Program-made: the position numbers and the translations under genes
Source of the DNA: Candidatus Micrarchaeota archaeon
GTDB taxonomy: Archaea > Micrarchaeota > Micrarchaeia > Micrarchaeales > CABMGC01
Reading direction: 5' to 3'
Length of the DNA stretch: 41,277 nt
Assembly (NCBI GenBank): GCA_027315135.1
Contig: DAHUYR010000017.1
Location: 1-41,277 of the forward strand
Shown here: positions 8,794 through 17,752 of the stretch, piece by piece
Layout of the letters: each line of letters starts with the position of its first letter
Position numbering within the stretch: the stretch's first letter is position 1
Notes under the pieces: model-generated
The model's input: the letters and a program-made list of their open reading frames with translations, nothing else
What the model was told of the DNA's origin: nothing
Databases searched by the model: none

Positions 8794-9148
8794 AAGAGAA
8801 GAATTACTCCAGAAAGTAAGCGAGATGAAGACTGCAGGCTATTCGTATCTGGTAAAGATAACTGCTGTAGATTATGTGGATCATGTTACTGCGCTGTACT
8901 TCCTGAGAGACATAGACAAGCGAAAGGATGAGATACTGGAAGTAGAACTAATGCCTGCGGACTTGTGGGTCCCAACAATAATGAAGGACTATACGTCTGC
9001 AGATTGGTATGAGCGCGAGATGTCAGAGATGTTTGACATAAGTATAAAGGGAAGGAAGGCTTCACGGTTGCTTCTTGAGAAATGGGACGGGCTAAGCGGT
9101 CCGCTAAGAAAGAGCTTTGCATGGGGAGAGGATTACAAATCAATGTGA
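8774..9148 (+). CDS. nuoC: Complex I-like subunit C
   Basis: ITAVDY, SADWYEREMSEMFDI, PLRKSF. Confidence 0.92.
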   Translation: MVRLKIKREELLQKVSEMKTAGYSYLVKITAVDYVDHVTALYFLRDIDKRKDEILEVELMPADLWVPTIMKDYTSADWYEREMSEMFDISIKGRKASRLLLEKWDGLSGPLRKSFAWGEDYKSM

Positions 9149-9152
9149 GTCA

Positions 9153-10247
9153 ATGTCGATAACAAGGATTAATATAGGCCCTATACATCCGAGTACACAC
9201 GGAGTGATGCGCCTTGTCGCAGATATTGACGGGGATACTATAGAACGGATAGAGCCACACATAGGATTCCTCCACAGAGGGGTGGAAAAACTTACCGAGA
9301 CAAGGATGTATATGCAGAATCCTCCATACATGGAGAAGCTTGACTATCTGGCTCCAATGTCCTACGATGAAGCTTACGTGGCAGCTGTCGAGCAGGCGAT
9401 GGGCATAGAGGTAAAGGAGCGCGCAATGTACATCCGCGTAATACTATTAGAGCTGCAGAGAATCGCCAGCCATTTATTCTTTATAGGCACTATAGGAAAT
9501 GACTTGGGACAGATGTTCACATTGTTCATGTGGGCATACATGGACAGAGATAAGGTACTCGATCTGCTGCAGGAAGCAACAGGAAGCAGGATGTTCTATG
9601 TCAACATGCGGCTGGGCGGACTTATAAGCGATCTACCACCGGATTTTGAGGAAAGAGCCCTCAACACGCTTGACTATATAGAAAAAAGGGTACGGGAATA
9701 TGAATTATTCATAGAAAAGAACCCTGTATTCAAAGAGAGGATGAAGAACATTGGCATACTTACTCCTGAGAAGGCGATTGATTTGGGGGTAACTGGCCCT
9801 GTACTGAGGGCCTCAGGAGTGCAGTATGATGTAAGGAAGAACCTTCCATATTACGTATATGACAAATTGCATTTTGAGACAAAGATACTCACCAGAGGCG
9901 ATAACTTCTCAAGATACAAGGTAAGGCTGCTGGAGATGCGTGAAAGCATACGCCTGATAAAAACGGCATTCAAGACCATGCCTACTGGCGATGCGATAGG
10001 AATGCCTGTAAAGTTAAGAAGTCCTCCAACGAAGAACAAGATATCTATAGTGAGCAGGGAGGCGCCGAAGGGGGAGGTGATGATGTATCTGGTTGCAGAT
10101 GACCAGAAACCATACAGGCTCTCTATAAGGTCTCCAAACTTCATAAATCTGACGGCGATAACGCATCTTGCAAAGGGTCTAAGAATGGCAGACCTGTTCG
10201 CGACTCTAGGGACTTTGGATTTGGTGATGGGTTGTGTTGATAGATAA
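9153..10247 (+). CDS. nuoD: Complex I-like subunit D
   Basis: IGPIHPSTHGVMRL, GFLHRGVEK, ELQRIASH, GVTGPVLRASG, C-terminal VDR; no NiFe CxxC motifs. Confidence 0.96.
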   Translation: MSITRINIGPIHPSTHGVMRLVADIDGDTIERIEPHIGFLHRGVEKLTETRMYMQNPPYMEKLDYLAPMSYDEAYVAAVEQAMGIEVKERAMYIRVILLELQRIASHLFFIGTIGNDLGQMFTLFMWAYMDRDKVLDLLQEATGSRMFYVNMRLGGLISDLPPDFEERALNTLDYIEKRVREYELFIEKNPVFKERMKNIGILTPEKAIDLGVTGPVLRASGVQYDVRKNLPYYVYDKLHFETKILTRGDNFSRYKVRLLEMRESIRLIKTAFKTMPTGDAIGMPVKLRSPPTKNKISIVSREAPKGEVMMYLVADDQKPYRLSIRSPNFINLTAITHLAKGLRMADLFATLGTLDLVMGCVDR

Positions 10248-11241
10248 CATAATACAATTATTCAATGGCATGCTGCAATCAGGCAATATACTATACAACG
10301 TAGTGGCTCTGCTAATCTATGCTATACTTATCTTCTTCATGCTTGCGGTTTTCGGATAGATGTTCGGATGGATAGAAAGAAAGATAATTGCAAAAGCGCA
10401 GTACAGACACGGGCCAACCTATGTCGGAAAGTACGGAATATTGCAGAACTTTGCGGATCTGGTGAAGCTTTTTTCAAAAGCAAGCCTTGACCTAGACAAT
10501 GCTGATTCTATACTATATGGGACTGCACTTCCAATACTGATATCCATCACTATATTTACTGTTCTGCTGTTGCCAATATTTCCAAGCCTACAGGCTACTA
10601 ATATCGGTTTTGGTCTCCTACTCGTCTTTGTAGTGATCGCATTTATGCCGATAATGATATTCCTTTCTGGTTTTGCAAGCGGCAACAAGTTTGCAGACAT
10701 CTCCGCTCAAAGGTCCATACTGATGCTGCTCAGCTACGAAATACCATTGATGCTTGTCATAGCTGCCATAGGCCTTATATCAAAAGGATACAATCTGCAG
10801 AACATAATCGCAATGCAGTCAAACGCGTATTACATAGTGCTAATGCCAATCGGCTTCTTCATATTCTTCATAGCGATGCTCGCGGAGATAGAAAGGCCTC
10901 CATTTGACCTTATGGAAGCAGACTCAGAGCTAATAGCAGGATGGATAACTGACATGAGCCCGGCATACTATGCGCTTGTGCTCTTCCTGGATTACTCAAA
11001 GGTATTCATGTCAAGCTTGCTGATATCTATACTGTTCTTGGGAGGATGGCTGGGACCGGCGCCAATACCAGGAGTGGTATGGCTCATAATAAAGGCAATA
11101 ATAATAGCAGTAATAGCTGTGATAATAAGGGCCACAACCTTCCGTATGAGGATAGACAGGATCCTGCGCATGGGGTGGCTTATCCTGATACCTCTTTCAT
11201 TAATAAATCTTATAATAACATATATACTGTTTGTTGGTTGA
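10237..11241 (+). CDS. nuoH: Complex I-like subunit H with an in-frame TAG at 10357-10359
   Basis: WIERKIIAKAQYRHGP, GILQNFADLVKL, AEIERPPFDLMEADSEL; the frame stays open upstream of the TAG and encodes the hydrophobic first TM (start GTG 10234/TTG 10237 after GGTGA, or ATG 10270). Confidence 0.88.
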
Positions 11242-11246
11242 TTTGA

Positions 11247-11609
11247 ATGATATGGCCTATACTAAAGACGATGAAGACGACTATAGGCTCAAAAAGATTC
11301 ACTGTTAACTTTCCGGAAGAGCGGGAGTCAATGCCTGACAATTACAGGGGAATGCTCAGGCTTGATATGAACACATGCATAAGCTGCTCTGCCTGTGCGA
11401 TAATCTGCCCGAACAAGACGATAACCATGGTGGATGTAGTCACCGCGAAGGGCGTAAAGAAGATGCCGCAGATAGGGATAGAGAGATGCCTGTTCTGTGC
11501 GCTTTGCGAGGAGGTATGCCCTCCAAAATGCCTGACCCTGACGAAAAATTATGACTATGAAGTATACGATAAGAGGGAGTTGCTGAAGAACCCGGCAGAC
11601 CTTGAATAA
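11247..11609 (+). CDS. nuoI: Complex I-like subunit I (2x[4Fe-4S])
   Basis: CISCSACAIICP and CLFCALCEEVCP. Confidence 0.95.
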   Translation: MIWPILKTMKTTIGSKRFTVNFPEERESMPDNYRGMLRLDMNTCISCSACAIICPNKTITMVDVVTAKGVKKMPQIGIERCLFCALCEEVCPPKCLTLTKNYDYEVYDKRELLKNPADLE

Positions 11610-11618
11610 AGTGTAACT

Positions 11619-12095
11619 ATGATGGAAATAGACATACTGTATGTGCTGATAAGCGTGCTTGCTATCCTCTCTGCACTTCTTGTATTCATGTTCAAACACC
11701 TGCTGCATGCTGCTCTTGCGCTTACGGTAACATTTCTGGCAAGTGCATTCATCTTCTCGGCGATAGGGCAGAGCTTCATAGGTCTTCTGCAGATCCTGAT
11801 ATTTGTCGGTGGTCTATCTGCATACCTGATAGCAGCAGTTGCAACAGAGACAAAGCTAAAGAACATGCTGAAGCCGGCCAAATTCTTTGCAGCTACGGCT
11901 GCCCTTTCAATAGCTTTTACTGCAATCGCATTCTCTATTCCGCAGAGTGCCTACCTTCCTTCGACCTTCCAGCAGTCAGCATCAGCGACGTTCTCCCAAT
12001 ACTACGCGATATTGTTTATAATAACACTGATGCTTTTCTCAACTGCGATAGGCGGAGTGCTGATAATAAAGAAATTCAAGAGGCTGGTGGTTTAA
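11619..12095 (+). CDS. nuoJ: Complex I-like subunit J
   Basis: LLHAALAL, FIGLLQILIFVGG; position between nuoI and nuoK. Confidence 0.88.
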   Translation: MMEIDILYVLISVLAILSALLVFMFKHLLHAALALTVTFLASAFIFSAIGQSFIGLLQILIFVGGLSAYLIAAVATETKLKNMLKPAKFFAATAALSIAFTAIAFSIPQSAYLPSTFQQSASATFSQYYAILFIITLMLFSTAIGGVLIIKKFKRLVV

Positions 12096-12397
12096 TGTTC
12101 CCTTACCTTATAGAGCTAGCATTCATACTGTTCGCGATAGGGCTCGCAGGGATAGCATCAGACAGGCATTTTGTCGCTCTTCTTCTTGCAGTAGAACTAA
12201 TAATGGTTGCAAGCATAATCGCACTGGTCTCGTTTTTCACATCAAGCACCTCTGCATCGGCAAGTCCGGTAATTATGTTATTATCGATATGGGCAGTAGC
12301 TGCAACAGAGATAATAGTGCTCATAACATTCTATATTTACATGAAATACAATGGAATAAGCTTCGATATAACAACTCTATCGAAGATGAAGTGGTAA
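12095..12397 (+). CDS. nuoK: Complex I-like subunit K
   Basis: LAVELIM and VAATEII conserved glutamates; three TMs. Confidence 0.9.
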   Translation: MFPYLIELAFILFAIGLAGIASDRHFVALLLAVELIMVASIIALVSFFTSSTSASASPVIMLLSIWAVAATEIIVLITFYIYMKYNGISFDITTLSKMKW

Positions 12398-12398
12398 T

Positions 12399-14174
12399 AT
12401 GCAGCCGTTATATCTTCTATTGCCATTGGCCGTTTCAATAATTATTATAGCTCTGCTCAAGAACAGGAAATTTCCCGGCATTATTGCGGTGCTTGGCAGC
12501 TTAGTCTCCCTTGCGATGATGCCTTTTGTCGCTTACGGTACCAAGTCACTGCCTTGGTTCACCGTCGGTACCCTATCATTAACCATAACAACTCTGATAA
12601 CTCCGATAAGCTATATGCTCCTTGCAGTAATACTTTTTGTATCTCCACTTGTATTCGCATATGCGACATGGTATATGGATAATCCAAGCGAACAGCGCAG
12701 GTTCTACATAGAGATGCTTGCATTCGAGTCTGCAATGCTAACATTTGCATTCAGCGGGAGCTTCATAACGTTTGCCATTGCATGGGGATTCCTAAGCCTT
12801 ACAAGCTATCTGCTAATAGGTTTCTGGAACACTAAACACGGTCCAATAGTGGCTTCGAGGAAGGCCTTGACAATGGTGCTTATAGGTGACATTGCAATAC
12901 TAGCAGCGATAGGGGTGATGGGGAGCACCTTCGGCACACTGGATTTCGCCACCATAATAAACGGTCTGTCATCAGCACCCAGAGGAGCAGTACTACTCAG
13001 TGCAGTCCTCATTGCCATAGCTGTATTCACCAAATCAGCCCAGTTCCCATTCCATGAATGGCTGATAGACGCAATGGAAGGACCTACTCCTGTATCAGCA
13101 TATCTACACTCGACAACCATGGTAAAGGCAGGAGTATTCTCGATTCTTGTACTGCTTCCACTGTTTCAATATACTGGGCTAACCTATGTGATATTAATTA
13201 TAGGTATACTTACCGCAGCGATTGCTACACTGAACGCGATGCGGGAATTCCATATAAAGAAGATAATCGCATATTCTACGATACAGGAACTTTCCCTAAT
13301 GATGGTTGCAATAGCTGCCGGAGCGGTGACTGCAGGCATATACTTCTTCTTCGTTCAGAGCTTCTACAAGGCTCTGCTGTTCTTCAGTTCAGGGTCTGCG
13401 ATGAAGGCTACTGGCGAGGAAGACATAAGAAAGGCAAACGGCCTGCACTCAAACAAACTGCTCTTCTATTCTACATTGTTCGGAGTGCTATCCCTTGCAG
13501 GCTTCATACCATTTTCAGGGTTCTTCTCGAGCATGGGGATAAGTTCATCCTTGACTGGAAATCTGCCAGTATATATCATATTGTCGGCGATAAGCTTCGG
13601 TACGAGCTTTTACATTATGAGATGGTTCCTATACATCGCAATGCCAACGACCAGTGATGAAGCAAAGATTGCATATAAAACGCAACCAAAGCGCATGATG
13701 GTTCCAATAGCAATACTTGCCATCGCGACACTTGCAGCATCCTTGCTGTTCACAAGATTCCAATCGCTGATGACAAATGGCCCATATTATACTTATGCAG
13801 TTTCAGGGATCCCGCTAAGCTTCAGCATAACTGATGCAGTATCATTCATACTCCTGATAAGCATAGCTGCAATATCTGCTTACCTGATTTATGTAAAGAA
13901 AAGAGTGGTAACCTCTTCAAAACTATCTGGTTTCGGATATACTGCTCCGGCGATGAATTCTTTCTATATGCATTTCTCATATTTCACTATGGACATAGCA
14001 GAAGGAGTCGCAGTATTTGACACATTCCTCAGTGACTTCTTCGACGGCATCGGCAGATTTGTCATAAGATCCGGCTACTTAATAAGAAGAACATCCACAG
14101 GACAGATAAACTACTATGCTGCAATATTTGTTGTTGCATTGGTGGTTCTTGCTGCATATGCATACTTGATGTGA
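12399..14174 (+). CDS. nuoL: Complex I-like antiporter-type subunit L
   Basis: SYLLIGFW, KSAQFPFHEWLIDAMEGPTPVSAYLHSTTMVKAG, IKKIIAYST, C-terminal lateral helix ending STGQINYY plus final TM. Confidence 0.93.
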   Translation: MQPLYLLLPLAVSIIIIALLKNRKFPGIIAVLGSLVSLAMMPFVAYGTKSLPWFTVGTLSLTITTLITPISYMLLAVILFVSPLVFAYATWYMDNPSEQRRFYIEMLAFESAMLTFAFSGSFITFAIAWGFLSLTSYLLIGFWNTKHGPIVASRKALTMVLIGDIAILAAIGVMGSTFGTLDFATIINGLSSAPRGAVLLSAVLIAIAVFTKSAQFPFHEWLIDAMEGPTPVSAYLHSTTMVKAGVFSILVLLPLFQYTGLTYVILIIGILTAAIATLNAMREFHIKKIIAYSTIQELSLMMVAIAAGAVTAGIYFFFVQSFYKALLFFSSGSAMKATGEEDIRKANGLHSNKLLFYSTLFGVLSLAGFIPFSGFFSSMGISSSLTGNLPVYIILSAISFGTSFYIMRWFLYIAMPTTSDEAKIAYKTQPKRMMVPIAILAIATLAASLLFTRFQSLMTNGPYYTYAVSGIPLSFSITDAVSFILLISIAAISAYLIYVKKRVVTSSKLSGFGYTAPAMNSFYMHFSYFTMDIAEGVAVFDTFLSDFFDGIGRFVIRSGYLIRRTSTGQINYYAAIFVVALVVLAAYAYLM

Positions 14175-14180
14175 ATAACC

Positions 14181-15563
14181 ATGCAATACTACCAACTAAT
14201 CTCTTTCCTGCTTCCCGTAATCCTTGTAGTTGGAAATATGTTCCTGCGACTGCTAAACAACAAAAAGACACAGCTCCTGTTCAACATAATCCTGCTTGCC
14301 ACGACTGCGGCATATGCGATATTTGGCGCAATAACCGGATATAACTTTGCAGTGCTAAACACTTACCTTATAAATCCATATTCGCTCTTCTTTACAATCC
14401 TGTTCGCAATAGGCATGATGCTTGTGAATGCACTTGCATTCACTTATTCTGAAGATTACTGCGATTTTGCCCTGATAAGCAGCTTCGCATTTTTGGGAAT
14501 GCTGCTCGTAGCAGCTTCAACCTCTATAATAACGATATTTCTAGGGCTTGAACTTGCAAGCATACCATCAGTCTTCATAATAATGCTATCAAAGAAAGGA
14601 AGCATAGAGTCGGCTGCAAAATTCTTCATAATGGCGTCAATATCAATAGCTGTTTTCTCATTTGCGGCTGTTCTGCTGTATGGAAGCACAGGCAGCTTTG
14701 CCCTGACAAATTACTCCTCGTCAACGCTGGTGACATTTGCGGCCGTATTGTTCATAGCATCGCTGGGCATGGACGCATCGATATTCCCATTCAACGTGCT
14801 TATACCTGACGTGTACCAAGGAGCATCTGCTTATGCCACATCTATGCTCGGAGGGATAAACAAAAAAATGGGCTTTGCAGCTCTGATACAGATTATGATA
14901 CTTGTATTCATAACAAATTCTCAGGCATTCTTGCTACTTATCGTACTTGCAGTGCTTACAATGTTCTACGGTAACATAACTGCGATACTGCAAAAGGATA
15001 TGAAACGCATGCTTGCATATTCATCAATCTCCCAGGCAGGATACATACTCATAGGGATAGTGGTTTCAACATCAGCAGGAATCGCTGCAAGCTTGTTCCA
15101 GATATTTGCTCACATGTTCATGTTTATAGGCACACTGGCAATAATTGCATGGCTGGAGAGGATGCACAGGTACAAGATAGATGATATTATAGGGTTGCAT
15201 GAGGATAACAAGTTTGCGGCGTTTGCGCTGAGCCTGATGCTTCTATCTATGATAGGCCTTCCGTTCACCACCGGCTTCGTAGGTAAGTTCCTAATATTCC
15301 TAAGCGCCGTCAGCGCAGGAATGGCATGGCTGGCGATAATAGGCATAATAAACAGCGTGATATCAGTTTTCTATTATGCAAAGGTGATAATAGCTGCTTA
15401 TACGTCTAAAGCTGTGCCGAAGAAAGCAAGCATGGACAGGTATACTACGGCAGTGATAGTAGTATGCATTGCAGCTACTCTGCTTTTTGGGATATACCCA
15501 CAACCGATAATAACAATTGCCAACAATGCAGCAGCGTACCTACTGTCTGTACCCAAAATCTAA
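14181..15563 (+). CDS. nuoN: Complex I-like antiporter-type subunit N
   Basis: LGLELASI, ESAAKFFI, PDVYQGA, KRMLAYSSISQAGY, GLPFTTGFVGKF, NSVISVFYY are NuoN-specific. Confidence 0.92.
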   Translation: MQYYQLISFLLPVILVVGNMFLRLLNNKKTQLLFNIILLATTAAYAIFGAITGYNFAVLNTYLINPYSLFFTILFAIGMMLVNALAFTYSEDYCDFALISSFAFLGMLLVAASTSIITIFLGLELASIPSVFIIMLSKKGSIESAAKFFIMASISIAVFSFAAVLLYGSTGSFALTNYSSSTLVTFAAVLFIASLGMDASIFPFNVLIPDVYQGASAYATSMLGGINKKMGFAALIQIMILVFITNSQAFLLLIVLAVLTMFYGNITAILQKDMKRMLAYSSISQAGYILIGIVVSTSAGIAASLFQIFAHMFMFIGTLAIIAWLERMHRYKIDDIIGLHEDNKFAAFALSLMLLSMIGLPFTTGFVGKFLIFLSAVSAGMAWLAIIGIINSVISVFYYAKVIIAAYTSKAVPKKASMDRYTTAVIVVCIAATLLFGIYPQPIITIANNAAAYLLSVPKI

Positions 15564-15911
15564 TTTAAAGTTGAGGCTCGGACGTAGTCCCTGTTATTTA
15601 CACTCTGCGAATTGCTGCACCGTCTTCTTTCCCATAAAAATAATAGGTAGTTCACCTCCGATGAGGTTGGGGAATGCGTTTGGTATTCAATCCTGGAATA
15701 TAAATGGCGTCGAGGTTCGTTGCCATACTGGAATAACCTCCCTCGTGTTCGGGAGCAGGTTCTTGCACTCAATCTTGAGTCCCTCAACCATGATATAATC
15801 ATATTCTGCTGGATCGCAATACTGGTAATTATGCTCATTCTTATGAAGTACGATCTCGGCTCCTAGTCACAAGTAAGGATAAGTAGATAGAAATGCCTAA
15901 GCAGCGATATA

Positions 15912-16214
15912 TCATTTGGTCTTTGAGGTTGCTAGAGCTTCCTCAAGTTGCTTTGCGTGCTCTATTACTTTTCTGCCCTTTTCCGTGGTCCTATAAGCTA
16001 TTACTCTCCTTCCGCTCTTGGATTTGGTTATTACCTCCTCAAGGGTCTTTGCGGCCAGCAGCTCGGAGATCCTCTTTGAGACAGTGGCAGAGCTGAGGTG
16101 CCTGTTCTTTATAGTTATCTTTGTGAAGTCGTTGAAAGATTTTGGACCATGGCCGTCAGCAAGCTGCAGCAGCTCCAAGATTCCTCTTATTATTACCATA
16201 TTAGTCGCCGGCAC
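15912..16214 (-). CDS. Winged-helix transcriptional regulator (HxlR-like)
   Basis: SSATVSKRISELLAAKTLEE...YRTTEKGRKV; start GTG 16214 or ATG 16199; divergent from the VOC gene. Confidence 0.82.
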   Translation of the reverse strand: MPATNMVIIRGILELLQLADGHGPKSFNDFTKITIKNRHLSSATVSKRISELLAAKTLEEVITKSKSGRRVIAYRTTEKGRKVIEHAKQLEEALATSKTK

Positions 16215-16265
16215 TCCTTTACAGACTATTAGTTAAACACCGAAGTATATAACACTTTGTATCAA

Positions 16266-16286
16266 ATACTTTAGATTCTAAAGTAT
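16266..16286. promoter_or_regulatory. Perfect 9-bp inverted repeat, putative operator of the adjacent wHTH regulator
   Basis: ATACTTTAG-ATT-CTAAAGTAT between the divergent regulator and VOC genes. Confidence 0.6.
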
Positions 16287-16352
16287 AATATAAAATAGCA
16301 AAGTTTTATATACCAGAGTAAAGAAGTATATATTATCTTAAGGGGTAATAAT

Positions 16353-16820
16353 ATGAAACAAGCAACACATGAAATATCTCATTTTGAGATTCCGGCAAGA
16401 GACCCGGAAAGGCTGAGGAACTTCTACACCAACGTATTCGGATGGAAATTCAAGAATGCAGCAGCGCAGAACATGCAGTATTGGAACATAGTCACCGGAA
16501 CCAAGCACATCCCTGGAGTCAACGGCGGATTGTACAAGAAGGGTAGCCGGAACCAGACGCCTGTAAACTACGTCAGCACGCCTGACCTTAATGCGTCGAT
16601 TGCAGAGATAGAAAAGTATGGCGGTCACATAACCGTAGGCAAGAAGGAAGTAATGGGCCATGGGTTTACTGCAATAGGAACAGACCCGGAGGGCAATTCA
16701 ATAGGATTGTTCGAATCGAAAAACAGGGGCATGTTCAGGGCAAGGGGAACCCAAAGTCAGAGCGGCGCAAACAGAGTGAAGTCCAAGCTCAGGCAGAACA
16801 AGAGAGCAGACAGCAAGTAA
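16353..16820 (+). CDS. VOC (glyoxalase/bleomycin-resistance) family protein
   Basis: ISHFEIPARDPERLRNFYTNVFGWKF, GVNGGL, TDPEGNSIGLFE; basic C-terminal tail. Confidence 0.93.
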   Translation: MKQATHEISHFEIPARDPERLRNFYTNVFGWKFKNAAAQNMQYWNIVTGTKHIPGVNGGLYKKGSRNQTPVNYVSTPDLNASIAEIEKYGGHITVGKKEVMGHGFTAIGTDPEGNSIGLFESKNRGMFRARGTQSQSGANRVKSKLRQNKRADSK

Positions 16821-16968
16821 CCATAGAGGGTGGGATGGGATATCATACTGGTTTGGGAAAGGCTAGAGGGAGCATAATTACTCCAATCATTTAAGCATCC
16901 AAGCCGGCATGGGTCCTAAGAAGAAAGAGATTCGGAATGGTAGGCAGTGTATATATTGAAGTGATTAA

Positions 16969-17001
16969 TTGAGCGCAAATGCAGGACATGGTATAGGGTT
17001 A
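16969..17001 (+). pseudogene. Detached 5' end of the BofA-like gene interrupted by the IS
   Basis: TTG AGC GCA AAT GCA GGA CAT GGT ATA GGG TTA (after GTGA) joins in frame to GTA TTA ACA at 18830 when the IS is removed. Confidence 0.65.
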
Positions 17002-17119
17002 CAAGAATACATAGCAGAAAGCCCACGATTTTCAATCGTGGGATGAATGCGAATGTATTGCGATTTGATAGAAGTATATGTATATAAATTAGAAGGAATA
17101 TATAGTATCTAATGAGTAA

Positions 17120-17512
17120 ATGGAATACAAACATAACAGAACAAGTGTAACAATGGTAAACTACCACATAGTATTCTGTCCAAAATACAGAAGAAAGTTA
17201 TTGGTAGGAGACATTAAGAAAAGACTCGAAGAAATCATGTTTGATGTCGCACTTGAAAACGGATGGGAAATTATTTCAAAAGAAGTCATGCCAGACCATG
17301 TCCATCTCTTCATTTCTGCTGACGTAAGGTCAAGACCAGAAATAGTAGTCAAGAGATTCAAGGGCAGAAGTTCAAGATATTTAAGGAATGAATTCCCAGA
17401 ACTCCTAAAGATGCCTACTCTTTGGACTCGTTCGTACTTCCTTTCAACAGCAGGAAACGTAAGTGCTTCAACGATAAAGAAATATATAGAACAACAATGG
17501 GATAAGGTATGA
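17120..17512 (+). CDS. tnpA: IS200/IS605 Y1 (HUH) transposase
   Basis: YHIVFCPKYRRK, MPDHVHLF (HUH), LWTRSYF, IKKYIEQQ (catalytic Tyr). Confidence 0.97.
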   Translation: MEYKHNRTSVTMVNYHIVFCPKYRRKLLVGDIKKRLEEIMFDVALENGWEIISKEVMPDHVHLFISADVRSRPEIVVKRFKGRSSRYLRNEFPELLKMPTLWTRSYFLSTAGNVSASTIKKYIEQQWDKV

Positions 17513-17748
17513 ATAGAAAATTGGCTTTAGTGCTCAGTATAATCTCAATACTCTTAGGCTTGACATTCTCTATAAGTAGTACTGTCTCTTATTATGGTAG
17601 AATGTGTTCCTGCCCAGCGGAAATCATAGGAACACCTCCAATACCGTGCTGCACTGACCCCTCTGCAATCCTTCTTCTATCATTAGGAATAATTCTTGTA
17701 GTTATAGGTCTAATTGCATTCATTAAACTCATACCAAATAAAAAATGA
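17509..17748 (+). CDS. 79-aa two-TM cargo protein with Cys-rich loop
   Basis: ATGA overlap with the tnpA stop; two hydrophobic helices flanking RMCSCPAEIIGTPPIPCCTDP; positive-inside termini. Confidence 0.8.
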   Translation: MNRKLALVLSIISILLGLTFSISSTVSYYGRMCSCPAEIIGTPPIPCCTDPSAILLLSLGIILVVIGLIAFIKLIPNKK

Positions 17749-17752
17749 TTCT

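Noticed and set aside
9153-10247. Group 4 NiFe hydrogenase as the explanation for missing subunits
   Set aside because: Large subunit lacks both CxxC nickel-binding motifs and NuoB has the tandem CC of complex I.
10357-10359. Genome-wide TAG reassignment or pyrrolysine
   Set aside because: TAG terminates several conserved genes at or near expected positions, no other internal TAG was noticed, and no pyl genes or CUA tRNA are in the window.
15517-15838. ORFs 15517-15798 (+) and 15560-15838 (-) as real genes or nuoM fragments
   Set aside because: Unnatural composition, no TM pattern, no antiporter motifs.
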